From: Promethearchaeota archaeon
GTDB taxonomy: Archaea; Asgardarchaeota; Lokiarchaeia; Sigyniarchaeales; SOKP01
Assembly (NCBI GenBank): GCA_048941015.1
Contig: JBHLNZ010000026.1
Coordinates: forward strand, 1 to 44,253
Direction: 5' to 3'
Length of the DNA: 44,253 nt
Part shown: piece by piece, positions 18,831 to 28,715 of the stretch
Layout of the letters: every line of letters begins with the position of its first letter
Numbering within the stretch: position 1 is the first letter of the stretch
Made by a program: the position numbers and the translations under genes
The notes under the pieces: generated by a model
Databases searched by the model: none
What the model was told of the DNA's origin: nothing
The model's input: the letters and a program-made list of their open reading frames with translations, nothing else

Positions 18831-21503
18831 TTGACAACTCCATCAAGGAACTACTTTATTGTTTTTGATAAAAGTTTAGAAAAGAAGAAAGAATTATTAT
18901 TTGAAATCAATTTCTTCTATTTAAAATCTTATAATCAGAGAACTACCAAATTTTCATACGTGAAAAAGCCATTCTTTAGAGGTAATGTTATTTTTGGATT
19001 AGATTTTAAAGATAAAATAAGACCTTTAAGATTTTTAAAGATTCAGAATGATGATACAGAAACTCCTATCGATCCAAGAGTTTTTAAAAAGTTTTTACTT
19101 GATGAAAAAAATAAATTTCTAGCTTTTTCAAGCCAAACTAACCCAGATGAGTTTTCAATTATTCGAAAAATGCTTAAGAATTTTCATTTTGATGAAAAAC
19201 GTATTATTTATCTAACATTTTGTAAGTCTTGCCTAGAAACTAAGAGATTTAATATTCTGCCAAAAAATTTACAAATCAAAGCTTTTAATAATCAAATTTT
19301 ATGTCCAGAATGTGCTTTGAATATAGTAATAAATCAAGCGAAAAATATTGGTTTAATTTCTAAAGGAAAACTCAATCCAAAGCTTAAGAATTTCCTTACT
19401 CATATAATTCTTAAGTTTAAAAATGTAGATAAGGCAATAAGTTCGTTTAAAGTCGATTTCGATCCTATAAAAAATAAAGATTTAACTTTATATGATGTCG
19501 AGAAAAATCCAGTCGTAAATAAAAAATATCTAAATGTTAAAGTTGAAGATCTCCTAATTCCTAATAATTTTATAAACATTTTAAAAGAGCAGAGTATAAA
19601 AACATTGCTCCCAATACAAGCAATTTCTTTAGACAAAGGATTAATATCAAAAAAATCTGACCAATTAATAATGGCTCCTACTTCCGCTGGAAAGACCTTA
19701 GTAGGTGAATTAGCAGGAATTTCAAGAATTCTTAATGATAGACACAAAATGCTATATTTAGTTCCTATTGTCGCATTAGCTAATGTCAGAACCGAAGAAT
19801 TCAAACAGAAATATCGTTCTTTAAAATTAAAAATAGTAAAAAAAATAGGTGTATCTCTGTTAGAAGCACTACAAGAAGATAATATCGATGATTTAATTGA
19901 TGCTGATATTATAATCGGAACCTATGAAGCAATTGATTTTATAATGAGAAGCACTAATAAAGAAAAACTAGGGAAAATTGGCACAATTATAATCGATGAG
20001 ATTCAAACTTTAATCGATCCAGAACGAGGTTTTATTTTGGATGGATTGATAGCAAGGTTAAAAACAGTATTTACAGAAGCTCAATTTTTATATTTAAGCG
20101 CTACAATTGGTGCTCCTGATTTGCTTGCTAAAAAATTGAAGTGCATCCTGATTAGGTATAATAATAGGCCTGTACCAATTGAGAGACATTTAATTTTATG
20201 TTTAAATGAAAATATAAAGCACAAGTATATAGTAAAATTAGTTCGTTACGCATTTTTTCAAAAATCTAATTATGGATTTAAAGGACAGACCATCATCTTT
20301 ACAAATACTAGGAAAAAATGTGAAAATTTAACTAATTATATTCAAAAGAAAGAAATAAAAGCCAAAGCATACCACTCTGGGTTAACTAATGAGGAAAGAA
20401 AAGAAATCGAATCAGAATTTCAAACTCAAAGTATAGCTGCCGTAGTTGCAACAGCGGCATTAGCTGCTGGAGTTGATTTTCCTGCAAAACAAGTTATATT
20501 CGAATCTTTAGGAATGGGAATTAAAATTTTAACTGTTGCTGAATTTGAACAGATGTTAGGGCGTGCTGGGAGATTAAAAAAGCATGATAAAGGAATAGTA
20601 TACATTTTAGCTGAACCAGGCAAAATTTATTCACCAAAAATGAAATTTACTGAAGAGAATATAGCTATAAATCTTTTAAATGGTAAAATTAAGGATTTTG
20701 AATTGGAGCCAGATGGTGATCGCTCTTTAACAGAATTATTAGCATTTATTTCGGTTTATAAACAGAATGTTCATATTTCTAAGATAAATATCTTTTATGA
20801 ATATTTAATTAATGCAAATTATAAAATTGATGTCTTTTTAAATAAACTTGTTAAATATAAGTTAGTAGAAACAGATAATCAGTATTCTTATCAACCTACA
20901 GGATTAGGTCGTGCAATAGCTAAATCTTTTTTAACAATCGAAGAAAGTCTTGAAATCATCGATAAGTTAAAAAGAAAGACAATAAGTATAATGGATCTAG
21001 TTTTGGGTCTCAAAGCTTTAAAAAATGTATATCTCTCCAAAAAAATAATAGCAGATTTATCGAAAAATGTTAATATGAAATATTTTTCTAATAATTTTTT
21101 CAGTGCAAGTGTTTTATCATTAATGAATGCTGAATATGTCAAGAAAAGAAGAAAATTTTCACAAGATTTTATTGAACTAATTTTAAAATGGACAAATGAA
21201 ATATTTAATTGTCAATGCAAGGATAGTCCTTATTGCGATTGTGGACGATTAAATTTAGAAAGACTTGTCTTAAAATTAAGAGTTGACGAAAAATTATCAA
21301 TTGAACAAATTAGTGATTATTTAAAGGAAAACTATGAGATTATGGTATTTAAAGGAGATCTTATTGATTATCTCGAAAATTTGATTTATGCTAGTGAAAG
21401 TATTATTAGTATTTCCAACGGAATAGCTAATATATTAGACTCTGAATATGAAAAGGAATTATTAGAAATTCCGCATATAATTCACAGAATTAAAAATCCA
21501 TGA
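18831..21503 (+). CDS. Archaea-specific Ski2-like superfamily II helicase (COG1202 type)
   Basis: APTSAGKT, DEIQ, SAT, YHSGL, AGVDFPA, QMLGRAGR; N-terminal CKSC/CPEC; C-terminal CQCKDSPYCDC. Confidence 0.9.
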   Translation: MTTPSRNYFIVFDKSLEKKKELLFEINFFYLKSYNQRTTKFSYVKKPFFRGNVIFGLDFKDKIRPLRFLKIQNDDTETPIDPRVFKKFLLDEKNKFLAFSSQTNPDEFSIIRKMLKNFHFDEKRIIYLTFCKSCLETKRFNILPKNLQIKAFNNQILCPECALNIVINQAKNIGLISKGKLNPKLKNFLTHIILKFKNVDKAISSFKVDFDPIKNKDLTLYDVEKNPVVNKKYLNVKVEDLLIPNNFINILKEQSIKTLLPIQAISLDKGLISKKSDQLIMAPTSAGKTLVGELAGISRILNDRHKMLYLVPIVALANVRTEEFKQKYRSLKLKIVKKIGVSLLEALQEDNIDDLIDADIIIGTYEAIDFIMRSTNKEKLGKIGTIIIDEIQTLIDPERGFILDGLIARLKTVFTEAQFLYLSATIGAPDLLAKKLKCILIRYNNRPVPIERHLILCLNENIKHKYIVKLVRYAFFQKSNYGFKGQTIIFTNTRKKCENLTNYIQKKEIKAKAYHSGLTNEERKEIESEFQTQSIAAVVATAALAAGVDFPAKQVIFESLGMGIKILTVAEFEQMLGRAGRLKKHDKGIVYILAEPGKIYSPKMKFTEENIAINLLNGKIKDFELEPDGDRSLTELLAFISVYKQNVHISKINIFYEYLINANYKIDVFLNKLVKYKLVETDNQYSYQPTGLGRAIAKSFLTIEESLEIIDKLKRKTISIMDLVLGLKALKNVYLSKKIIADLSKNVNMKYFSNNFFSASVLSLMNAEYVKKRRKFSQDFIELILKWTNEIFNCQCKDSPYCDCGRLNLERLVLKLRVDEKLSIEQISDYLKENYEIMVFKGDLIDYLENLIYASESIISISNGIANILDSEYEKELLEIPHIIHRIKNP

Positions 21504-21613
21504 GCGAAATCTTTATTTTTTTTTTCAAATGAAAGTGATTAAATATAAATGATAATATAATTTGTTATATAGACTGAGATAATAGTTTTAATATTAATTT
21601 AGAAAATTAATTT

Positions 21614-22561
21614 ATGATTTATACGATTTTTCTTTATCAGAGTGATACAGGATTACTAATTTATGATAAAAGTTTCCAAGATATTAGTTCAGGAAAAATA
21701 GAAATGTTTAGTTCTTTTTTTTCCGCAATAAAATCAGTTGTTTCAGAATTAGTATTAGAAGGTTCAAAACAATTAAAGAATATTGAACTTGGTAATTATA
21801 GCGTTATAATTAATACGATTTCGAATTTAAATGTTGACTTTGTCATTATTGCTGATAAAGATGATAATAAAATAATAAATAAATTGACTCCCAAAATCAT
21901 CAAATTACTCAAAAAATATGAAGAATTATTTATCGCTTGGGATGGTGATCGCAATGAATTTAATATTCTTGAACAGCCATTAACTGAATTAGTTATGGCG
22001 AATGTAAAAGATGTCAGAAAATCGCTTTTAGAACAGCCAGAACAAGTTTTGAAGTCTATATGGTCTCATAAAAAACAATTATCCGAAGAAAAAATAAACA
22101 ATTTAATACAAGAGAGAGATTTGTTAATATACAAAATTGAAAATACTCCTATTTTGCCTTTAAAACTAGCTATGTCCGAGAAAGTGGTGACTCTATCAGA
22201 AAAATTGAAAGATGAAAGTACCTTTATCAAGTATCAAAATGAAGTAACAAGACTAAAAAAGGAAATAACTGATACCAAATTCAAGTTAAAATATTATCTC
22301 GATAAAGTAAAGACTTCTTTAAATGAAGCAGTTGATAAAATAGGATCTCATCCCCTTTATACAGGAGATTACAAAAATACATATTTGAATTTATACTCTT
22401 TTAGTACAAAGCTTAAACTTATTACTGAAAATGGATGGGAGATTTATAGAGATTGTGCAAAAAAATTAATAGATAAAGAGGAATACTCTGAACATGAACT
22501 ATCAGAAACAATTCAAATGTTATTAAAAATGAGTACAAATATAGATGATTATATACGTTAA
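21614..22561 (+). CDS. Longin-like domain plus helical/coiled-coil C-terminus
   Basis: IYTIFLY..DTGLLIY, FSSFFSAIKSVVSEL, LKNIELGNY, FVIIAD: typical Asgard longin pattern. Confidence 0.7.
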   Translation: MIYTIFLYQSDTGLLIYDKSFQDISSGKIEMFSSFFSAIKSVVSELVLEGSKQLKNIELGNYSVIINTISNLNVDFVIIADKDDNKIINKLTPKIIKLLKKYEELFIAWDGDRNEFNILEQPLTELVMANVKDVRKSLLEQPEQVLKSIWSHKKQLSEEKINNLIQERDLLIYKIENTPILPLKLAMSEKVVTLSEKLKDESTFIKYQNEVTRLKKEITDTKFKLKYYLDKVKTSLNEAVDKIGSHPLYTGDYKNTYLNLYSFSTKLKLITENGWEIYRDCAKKLIDKEEYSEHELSETIQMLLKMSTNIDDYIR

Positions 22562-22580
22562 GAAGTTTTTGAAATAAAAA

Positions 22581-23783
22581 TTATAGAGTATGTAATTCAA
22601 TAATATCATTATCTTTTAATTCGTAATCTAATCCAACTTTTTTTCTTTTTTGACGAACTCCCTCCCTTATTATTAAAGCATAGTCAAATTGCTGATAAAA
22701 GCTTTTATGAACTCTTAAGGCTATATCTTTTACTGTGGGTATAGCAGGGTCAGTATCCATTATTAGTGGTTTATCAGCAATAATTCCATTGTGCATAGTA
22801 TAAATTTTCATTTTCCCTAAAAATTTTAAGATAGTTTCTCCAAAATCATCAGGATACTCTCCCTTCAACGCACTTGTCCCAAAAATCACTGAAAAATTGC
22901 ATGAATATTGCTTTTTTAACTTTTTGAAATTTACTTCCGTATTGGGTAAATCTCCTTTTGTTCCGATAATTATTGCTTTTTTATATACCACAGAAGGATT
23001 CATGGCATCAATTATTTGATCAAGATTAATCTTCCCATATATCCTTACTATAGCATTTCTAATGCCTCCCTCTTGAATGATTTCTCTAACTTTTTCCGTG
23101 AGATCCTCAATGCTTTCGTTCTCTTTTGCTTCTTTTGTTAAATAAAATACTTGAATTTTATTTGAACCCGTTTTTTCAATTGATATAGGTGGTGGTGGAA
23201 TGTTAATCCTAATATTTGCTTGTGATAATTCTTTTAATAATAAATTGATTTGTTCTTGATAACTTCTTGATAGATCAATGCATAGACATATTAGATCACA
23301 AGCTCTGAGTTGAGAAAGAATTTCCCTCCCATTTCCTACTCCACTTGAAGCCCCCTCCATGATAGCAGGCATATCAACAATTTGGTATCGTACTTTACTA
23401 TAATCATAAATTCCAATTTCAGGAATGGCCGTAAATTTACCAATTTTATCTTGAGCAGCCCCAGTTAATAAATTTAAAAGGGATGTTTTTCCTACTCCTG
23501 GTAAGTGATAATCACTAATAAAAATAATTTGAATTTCTTCTTTTTTAATTGAAAAAGGACTTATCTGTTTGCCAGTAGTTTTCGATCTTAATCTTCGTTC
23601 TTCTTGCTCTCGTTTCAATTTTGAAAGGCGAGACTTGTTTAAAGCTACAATTCTTTCTGTTGCTTTATGTTTAGGGACGATAGAGAGAAATTCTTCCAAT
23701 TTTTTTATTTTTTCCTCTAATGAGGTTGCATCAAGATATTTTTGATAAGCTGCTTGTGCTTCTGGACCAATATTAGAGCTCAT
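22581..23783 (-). CDS. DRG/OBG-family GTPase with TGS domain, degenerate G motifs
   Basis: PKHKATE..SKLK N-terminus, PGVGKTS, FTAIP, DMPA, GNGREILS, TKGD, TVKDIALRVH, KVGLDYELKDNDIIE. Confidence 0.85.
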   Translation of the reverse strand: MSSNIGPEAQAAYQKYLDATSLEEKIKKLEEFLSIVPKHKATERIVALNKSRLSKLKREQEERRLRSKTTGKQISPFSIKKEEIQIIFISDYHLPGVGKTSLLNLLTGAAQDKIGKFTAIPEIGIYDYSKVRYQIVDMPAIMEGASSGVGNGREILSQLRACDLICLCIDLSRSYQEQINLLLKELSQANIRINIPPPPISIEKTGSNKIQVFYLTKEAKENESIEDLTEKVREIIQEGGIRNAIVRIYGKINLDQIIDAMNPSVVYKKAIIIGTKGDLPNTEVNFKKLKKQYSCNFSVIFGTSALKGEYPDDFGETILKFLGKMKIYTMHNGIIADKPLIMDTDPAIPTVKDIALRVHKSFYQQFDYALIIREGVRQKRKKVGLDYELKDNDIIELHTL

Positions 23784-23799
23784 AAATTAGTCCTCTTTT

Positions 23800-24255
23800 T
23801 CAAAAGATTGATCTAAATCTATCCTCTATCTTTAATTTTAAGTCTCCTAAAATTTCATCAATTCTTTTTTCAAAGTTGTTAAAGAATTTTCCTTTTTTAG
23901 AAAATATATCATTTAACGAATATCTATTTAAGAAGTGAGAATGTATTGTGGCCAAATGCTTTTTAATAACATCTGTTTCAGTTTCTTTTTCAGTAATTGC
24001 ATACACTAATAATGGTTGCTTGTTTGAAGAATCGTTAGTTGGTAAAGCTACTAAATCGCAGTAGCAAACTAGCTTAAATGAAGCGAGGGAAACTACATTT
24101 ATATCATCTCCAAAGACTTCATTTGTAAAAGACTCGAGTGCTGAGAGAAATCCCGCTCTGAGATCAGGATCGAGAATATTATCTGATGATTTGTAATATT
24201 TAATTTCGATTAGATTTCGAGTACCTAGATTAATTCCTACTTCTAATATTGCCAT
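23800..24255 (-). CDS. Stand-alone longin-like protein
   Basis: LRAGFLSALESFTNEVFG, FKLV, LLVYAITEK, HSHFLNRY. Confidence 0.65.
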   Translation of the reverse strand: MAILEVGINLGTRNLIEIKYYKSSDNILDPDLRAGFLSALESFTNEVFGDDINVVSLASFKLVCYCDLVALPTNDSSNKQPLLVYAITEKETETDVIKKHLATIHSHFLNRYSLNDIFSKKGKFFNNFEKRIDEILGDLKLKIEDRFRSIF

Positions 24256-24373
24256 AAAAGTGTCCCAAAATTGTATGAGATTTTAATTATGCTTATGGTT
24301 AATATTTTTCGTAACTACTTTGTATTTTATATTAACAAGCAACCTATTTATTTTTACTTTTTTAATTTTTAAA

Positions 24374-25234
24374 TTAATTAATATTTAATTGTTTTTTATA
24401 AGCAATGACTGTATTTTGAAGCAAAAATGCAACGGTTAATGGCCCTACTCCTCCGGGGACAGGAGTTATTTTAGAACATTTGTCATATACATCATCAAAA
24501 TCAACATCCCCAATTAATTTTTCATCAACTCTATTTTGGCCTACATCAATAATTATTGCATTTTTTTTAATTCGAGTTCTAGTTATAAATTTTGGCTTTC
24601 CTACAGCCACTATCAATATATCAGCTTTCTTTATATGCTCGTCAATGTTTATTGTTGAAGTATGACAGATCGTAACAGTTGAATTTCGTTTTAGAAGCAT
24701 AAAAATAAGAGGTTTCCCAACTAAATTAGATCGATTAATAATTACCACATTTTTACCCTTAAGATCTACATTATAAAATTCAAGTAAAGCAATAATTCCT
24801 TTCGGAGTACACGGTGCGAACTCTTCATGGTAATCAAATAGTTTTCCTTTATTAATTGGATTAAAGCCATCAACATCTTTAATGGGGGATATTTTTTCTA
24901 ACAATGAAGGGGCGTAATCCCTTAGTTTTCCCGGTAAAGGTAATTGTAAAAGGATCCCATGGACTGATTCATCATTATTGAGTCTAGTAATCTCTTTTAG
25001 TAATAGTTCTTCAGGAATGTTTCTATCTAATTTTATTAAAATAGATTCTATACCTACTTCAGCACATTTTTTTCTTTTCATATTTATATAGATCTCAGAT
25101 GCTGGATTATCACCAACCATAATGGCTACAAGTTTAGGATTTATCCCTATTTTAGTTTTTAACTTGATTATTTCATTTTTAAGTTGGAGATTCAACTTAT
25201 CTGCTAACTTTTTACCGTCTAAGATTTTTTCCAT
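24374..25234 (-). CDS. folD: Methylenetetrahydrofolate dehydrogenase/cyclohydrolase
   Basis: LDGK, YINMK, HGILLQLPLP, KDVDG, PCTPKG, RSNLVGKP, TPVPGGVGPLT. Confidence 0.96.
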   Translation of the reverse strand: MEKILDGKKLADKLNLQLKNEIIKLKTKIGINPKLVAIMVGDNPASEIYINMKRKKCAEVGIESILIKLDRNIPEELLLKEITRLNNDESVHGILLQLPLPGKLRDYAPSLLEKISPIKDVDGFNPINKGKLFDYHEEFAPCTPKGIIALLEFYNVDLKGKNVVIINRSNLVGKPLIFMLLKRNSTVTICHTSTINIDEHIKKADILIVAVGKPKFITRTRIKKNAIIIDVGQNRVDEKLIGDVDFDDVYDKCSKITPVPGGVGPLTVAFLLQNTVIAYKKQLNIN

Positions 25235-25348
25235 AATTATCTTCTATGAATGAATTAATTTATGAATTCAATTTGATTATTGTTTATGGATATTTTTCTA
25301 ATTATTAAAGAAGAATTATTAGATAATTATTAAAATAAACCAATTTGT

Positions 25349-26431
25349 TTAAATTCTCCTTCTTCTCCATATAAAAAACACTAATAAAATAAAACCGCCA
25401 ATGCAGGATAAAACAACAATAAGAATGATGTAATTAAACTCGACCATAAATACATCAGAATTCAAGAGATTTATTGCATCAAAAGTTACTAAAATATCAA
25501 AAGCATAGTATGAAGATGAAATTGAAGAAAATTCTGGTTCTCCTGAAACACTATGATCACCAAAGCCTCCATCCTGAAAATTTTGATGGTTTAAAACCCA
25601 ATTGATGGTAGCATCTTGTTTTTGAGAAGAATCTATTAAATTAATGGCTTTAATACAGAAATAAGTACTACTCAATAATGAATTTTTTGCATTATCATCT
25701 GGTAAATATCCTCCATAATTATTTATATTTGAGGAATCGTTCACGTATAAAGACTTTAAATAATTGAGTGTAGCAATTTTGTCATCTAGATCATCAATTG
25801 TTCCGATATTACTGATAAGATCGACAGCATAATAAGTCGTAAGAATAGTTGAAGATAAACTACTATTACCACCGTAACCTCCATCAGTATTATTACATTG
25901 CAATATCCAATTTTTATGAGTTGTTGCATTTGGGAATTGTTCTCCTATATATGAATAAATATGATAAGCATAATAAGTTGATATCATATCTGCTGATGTA
26001 GAAGTATTAACATAACTGAAACCGCCTTCCAATTGTTCTGTTTGATCAAGAGAATTCTGTATTTTGGTATTTAAATCTGAATCTAATGAATAATCTAGTA
26101 TATCTAATGCTTTCAAGAGAAAATATATCTCATATAAATGATTTGTTCCTTCAAGTTTTTCTTCTAAATTTTCTTTAAATGCAGATACATCCACTTTTGT
26201 AGTAGAGCCAAACAATCCTTGAACGACATATAAATTATAATAATTTATTATTTCAAAAGCATAAGCAGTTTCTTGCTCGGATTCACCAAAACCTGAATTA
26301 TCATCTTGTTGAGTAAAAATAAAATCAGTTAAGTATTTATTGCGGGGTTTTGCAGAGACAATTGGAGTAATTACAATTAGGACAGTCAATAAAACTGATA
26401 TTATCGTGATATATTTGAATTTGAACTTCAA
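25349..26431 (-). CDS. Membrane-anchored surface protein with prenyltransferase/squalene-cyclase repeats
   Basis: Signal peptide; repeated Q/N-xx-D/E-GG-F/Y followed by STY(Y)A helices; C-terminal TM plus RRRR. Confidence 0.75.
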   Translation of the reverse strand: MKFKFKYITIISVLLTVLIVITPIVSAKPRNKYLTDFIFTQQDDNSGFGESEQETAYAFEIINYYNLYVVQGLFGSTTKVDVSAFKENLEEKLEGTNHLYEIYFLLKALDILDYSLDSDLNTKIQNSLDQTEQLEGGFSYVNTSTSADMISTYYAYHIYSYIGEQFPNATTHKNWILQCNNTDGGYGGNSSLSSTILTTYYAVDLISNIGTIDDLDDKIATLNYLKSLYVNDSSNINNYGGYLPDDNAKNSLLSSTYFCIKAINLIDSSQKQDATINWVLNHQNFQDGGFGDHSVSGEPEFSSISSSYYAFDILVTFDAINLLNSDVFMVEFNYIILIVVLSCIGGFILLVFFIWRRRRI

Positions 26432-26541
26432 TTAATAAAAGACCTCAGTCTGGTTTTAATTTAAATTTTAATTTTTTAAATTTAACTTGTAATTAAAAAT
26501 TAACGATATTATAGGAAAAATGTTGGAAAATTATAAATTTT

Positions 26542-28068
26542 TTAAAAAATCTCACTTATATCCTTATATAATAAATCTTTATTTGCTAGGAACTGCTCAT
26601 GTGTAACAAACAGAGTCTGAAAAGAAGGTAAACTTCCTAAAATTGCTGCTCCATTGAATATAGTATATTGTAGACTATCCGGTACGTAGAACCTCAAGAT
26701 TTCATCTATTGTTTTATAATAACCAGAAAATTCTCTTGCTTGAGGGGGAGATTTTATGACTTCGCTTGGAATTTCTTTAAATTCATCAATTTGAAGTGTC
26801 TTTCCGCAATAAGGACAGAAGAGAGAAGAATCATCATCTACTTTTTTATTACAGTGAGGACATATTACTCTTCCATTAACTATTTTTGCTTTTTTCCCAG
26901 TATCAGGAGCGCCTATGGATAATTCAGGTAAAACCATTCTTCCTCCACAAGAAGGGCAAAATTCTTTTCCATCAGATAAATCTACTAATACTCCGCAATG
27001 TGGACACGTATCTTTATCCTTTTTAGCTATTTCTATTGTTTGAAGTTTAAGTTTTTTATTTTCAAAAGTAACTTCTTCTTTTGGTTTTGGAATTTTTCCC
27101 AATTGTGAGAGTAAGGAATTTAATTCATTTCTAAGTCTTTCTTCAAAACCAGAATAAGAAAGATTGCCTCCTGAGAGGACAATATGAGACAAAAGATCAC
27201 TCCAATAATATTTATCAATGCTCTGCAAACAATTTATAATAGCTTCTGGAATATTCATCATATTATAGCCAATTAAAGAGGGTTGGAATAAAACTTCAGG
27301 TGCTTCATGGAATATATAATGAGGGACTTTAATATTTGAACCATCGGGCATTGCAAAGTCAAAACTATCCTTCATATTGGGAGGTTGACTTGGATCTAAA
27401 ACAAAATAGCAATTCTTTTCCTTAATTTCTTTAATAATTTGGTCAACTGCAGATGATTCAATATTGATACCTTCTCTCATTAATAGATTTTTCAAGTGTT
27501 GATTAACATCTGTCCCAGCAAGAGTTAGTTTTTGAATGGATTGATCGATCATTTGACCATTTATAATGGGACAAATCCATGTAATACCATCTCCACTTTC
27601 AATGACTAAACCAGTTGTCAAACCCACACTGAATATTGATAATATGGGAGTAGGAACCATAATTAAGCTTTTTACTTTATGGGTTTCGTATAAAACACGA
27701 GCAATATATTCCTTAATATCTCTCTGAATAAATGGCGCTTCAGTATATAAAACGGGATAGTTTGAAAGAGTTTCTATTCTTAATAATGAATAAAAAATAT
27801 AATTAAGAATTTCATAGAAATCATTCCAATCTAAAATTGCACCTCTCTCTATGGGATATTTAATCTTAAGAACTCCACGCATCTTTGCTGCGTCATTGCC
27901 AATGTATATATTTCTAGCAGCTACATCTACTAATACAGTTTTATACTTTTCAGTACCTGTAATTGTTGGAAATACAAATCGGGGACCTGGTTCACCTGCA
28001 AAACCTATTTTTGTATATGCACTGCCAACATCAATAATAACTGGTGTTCCGGGAAGAGGTATTGCCAT
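26542..28068 (-). CDS. Actin-related protein with double zinc-ribbon insertion
   Basis: DVGSAYTKIGFAGE, KYPIERG, TEAP, ESGDG, IKEKNCY, PEVLFQPS, VLSGG, GAAILGSL; four CxxC motifs inserted near the C-terminus. Confidence 0.92.
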   Translation of the reverse strand: MAIPLPGTPVIIDVGSAYTKIGFAGEPGPRFVFPTITGTEKYKTVLVDVAARNIYIGNDAAKMRGVLKIKYPIERGAILDWNDFYEILNYIFYSLLRIETLSNYPVLYTEAPFIQRDIKEYIARVLYETHKVKSLIMVPTPILSIFSVGLTTGLVIESGDGITWICPIINGQMIDQSIQKLTLAGTDVNQHLKNLLMREGINIESSAVDQIIKEIKEKNCYFVLDPSQPPNMKDSFDFAMPDGSNIKVPHYIFHEAPEVLFQPSLIGYNMMNIPEAIINCLQSIDKYYWSDLLSHIVLSGGNLSYSGFEERLRNELNSLLSQLGKIPKPKEEVTFENKKLKLQTIEIAKKDKDTCPHCGVLVDLSDGKEFCPSCGGRMVLPELSIGAPDTGKKAKIVNGRVICPHCNKKVDDDSSLFCPYCGKTLQIDEFKEIPSEVIKSPPQAREFSGYYKTIDEILRFYVPDSLQYTIFNGAAILGSLPSFQTLFVTHEQFLANKDLLYKDISEIF

Positions 28069-28216
28069 GTTTCATCAGATTTTGATAATTTTAATATCTT
28101 ATATACAAATATGATAATTTAAGTGTTAGTATGATATTATATTAAATAGATTTTTCTTAATTATATTAATTTTTCCAATTGAAAATCATATTGCTGGAAT
28201 CTATTAATAAGCTTTA

Positions 28217-28642
28217 TTATTCTTTTAAGTGTTCAAATATTCTTATCATAATAGAGTGTTTTGTAACTAAACCAATTAATTTGTGATTCGAATTTATTAC
28301 TGGTAAACGATCAACCTTATTTTCAAGCATTTTTCTCAAAGCTAATTTAAGAGAATCGTCTTTACTTAAAATAATTGGATGTGGGGTCATGAGATCTTTA
28401 ACTTTTGTGTGAGGAGAATCTAAATTCATGGCAAATCGAGCTAACCGAATATCTCTCTGAGTTATAATTCCAATTAATTGCTTTTCGTTAGAATCTTTTA
28501 CAACTGGCAGACCACCGATATTTTTCTTTAACATTAAAAGTTCTGTTACACTAATTTTCTCATCGGGAGTCGTATAAAAAGGATCAATAATCATAAATTC
28601 CGAGACTTTAATGTCTCCTATAGATTTGAATTCATTTTCCAT
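28217..28642 (-). CDS. CBS-pair protein
   Basis: IGGLPVV..GIITQRDI, VKDLMT, DRLPVI..GLVT. Confidence 0.9.
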   Translation of the reverse strand: MENEFKSIGDIKVSEFMIIDPFYTTPDEKISVTELLMLKKNIGGLPVVKDSNEKQLIGIITQRDIRLARFAMNLDSPHTKVKDLMTPHPIILSKDDSLKLALRKMLENKVDRLPVINSNHKLIGLVTKHSIMIRIFEHLKE

Positions 28643-28715
28643 AATAAATCATAATAATCTAAATTAATTTGAACTTATGAATTAAAACACATTCAATTTT
28701 AAATATATAATTGTT

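Noticed and set aside
26542-28068. Calling this the conserved filament-forming Lokiactin
   Set aside because: Substituted catalytic residues and a large insertion point to a divergent actin-related paralog.
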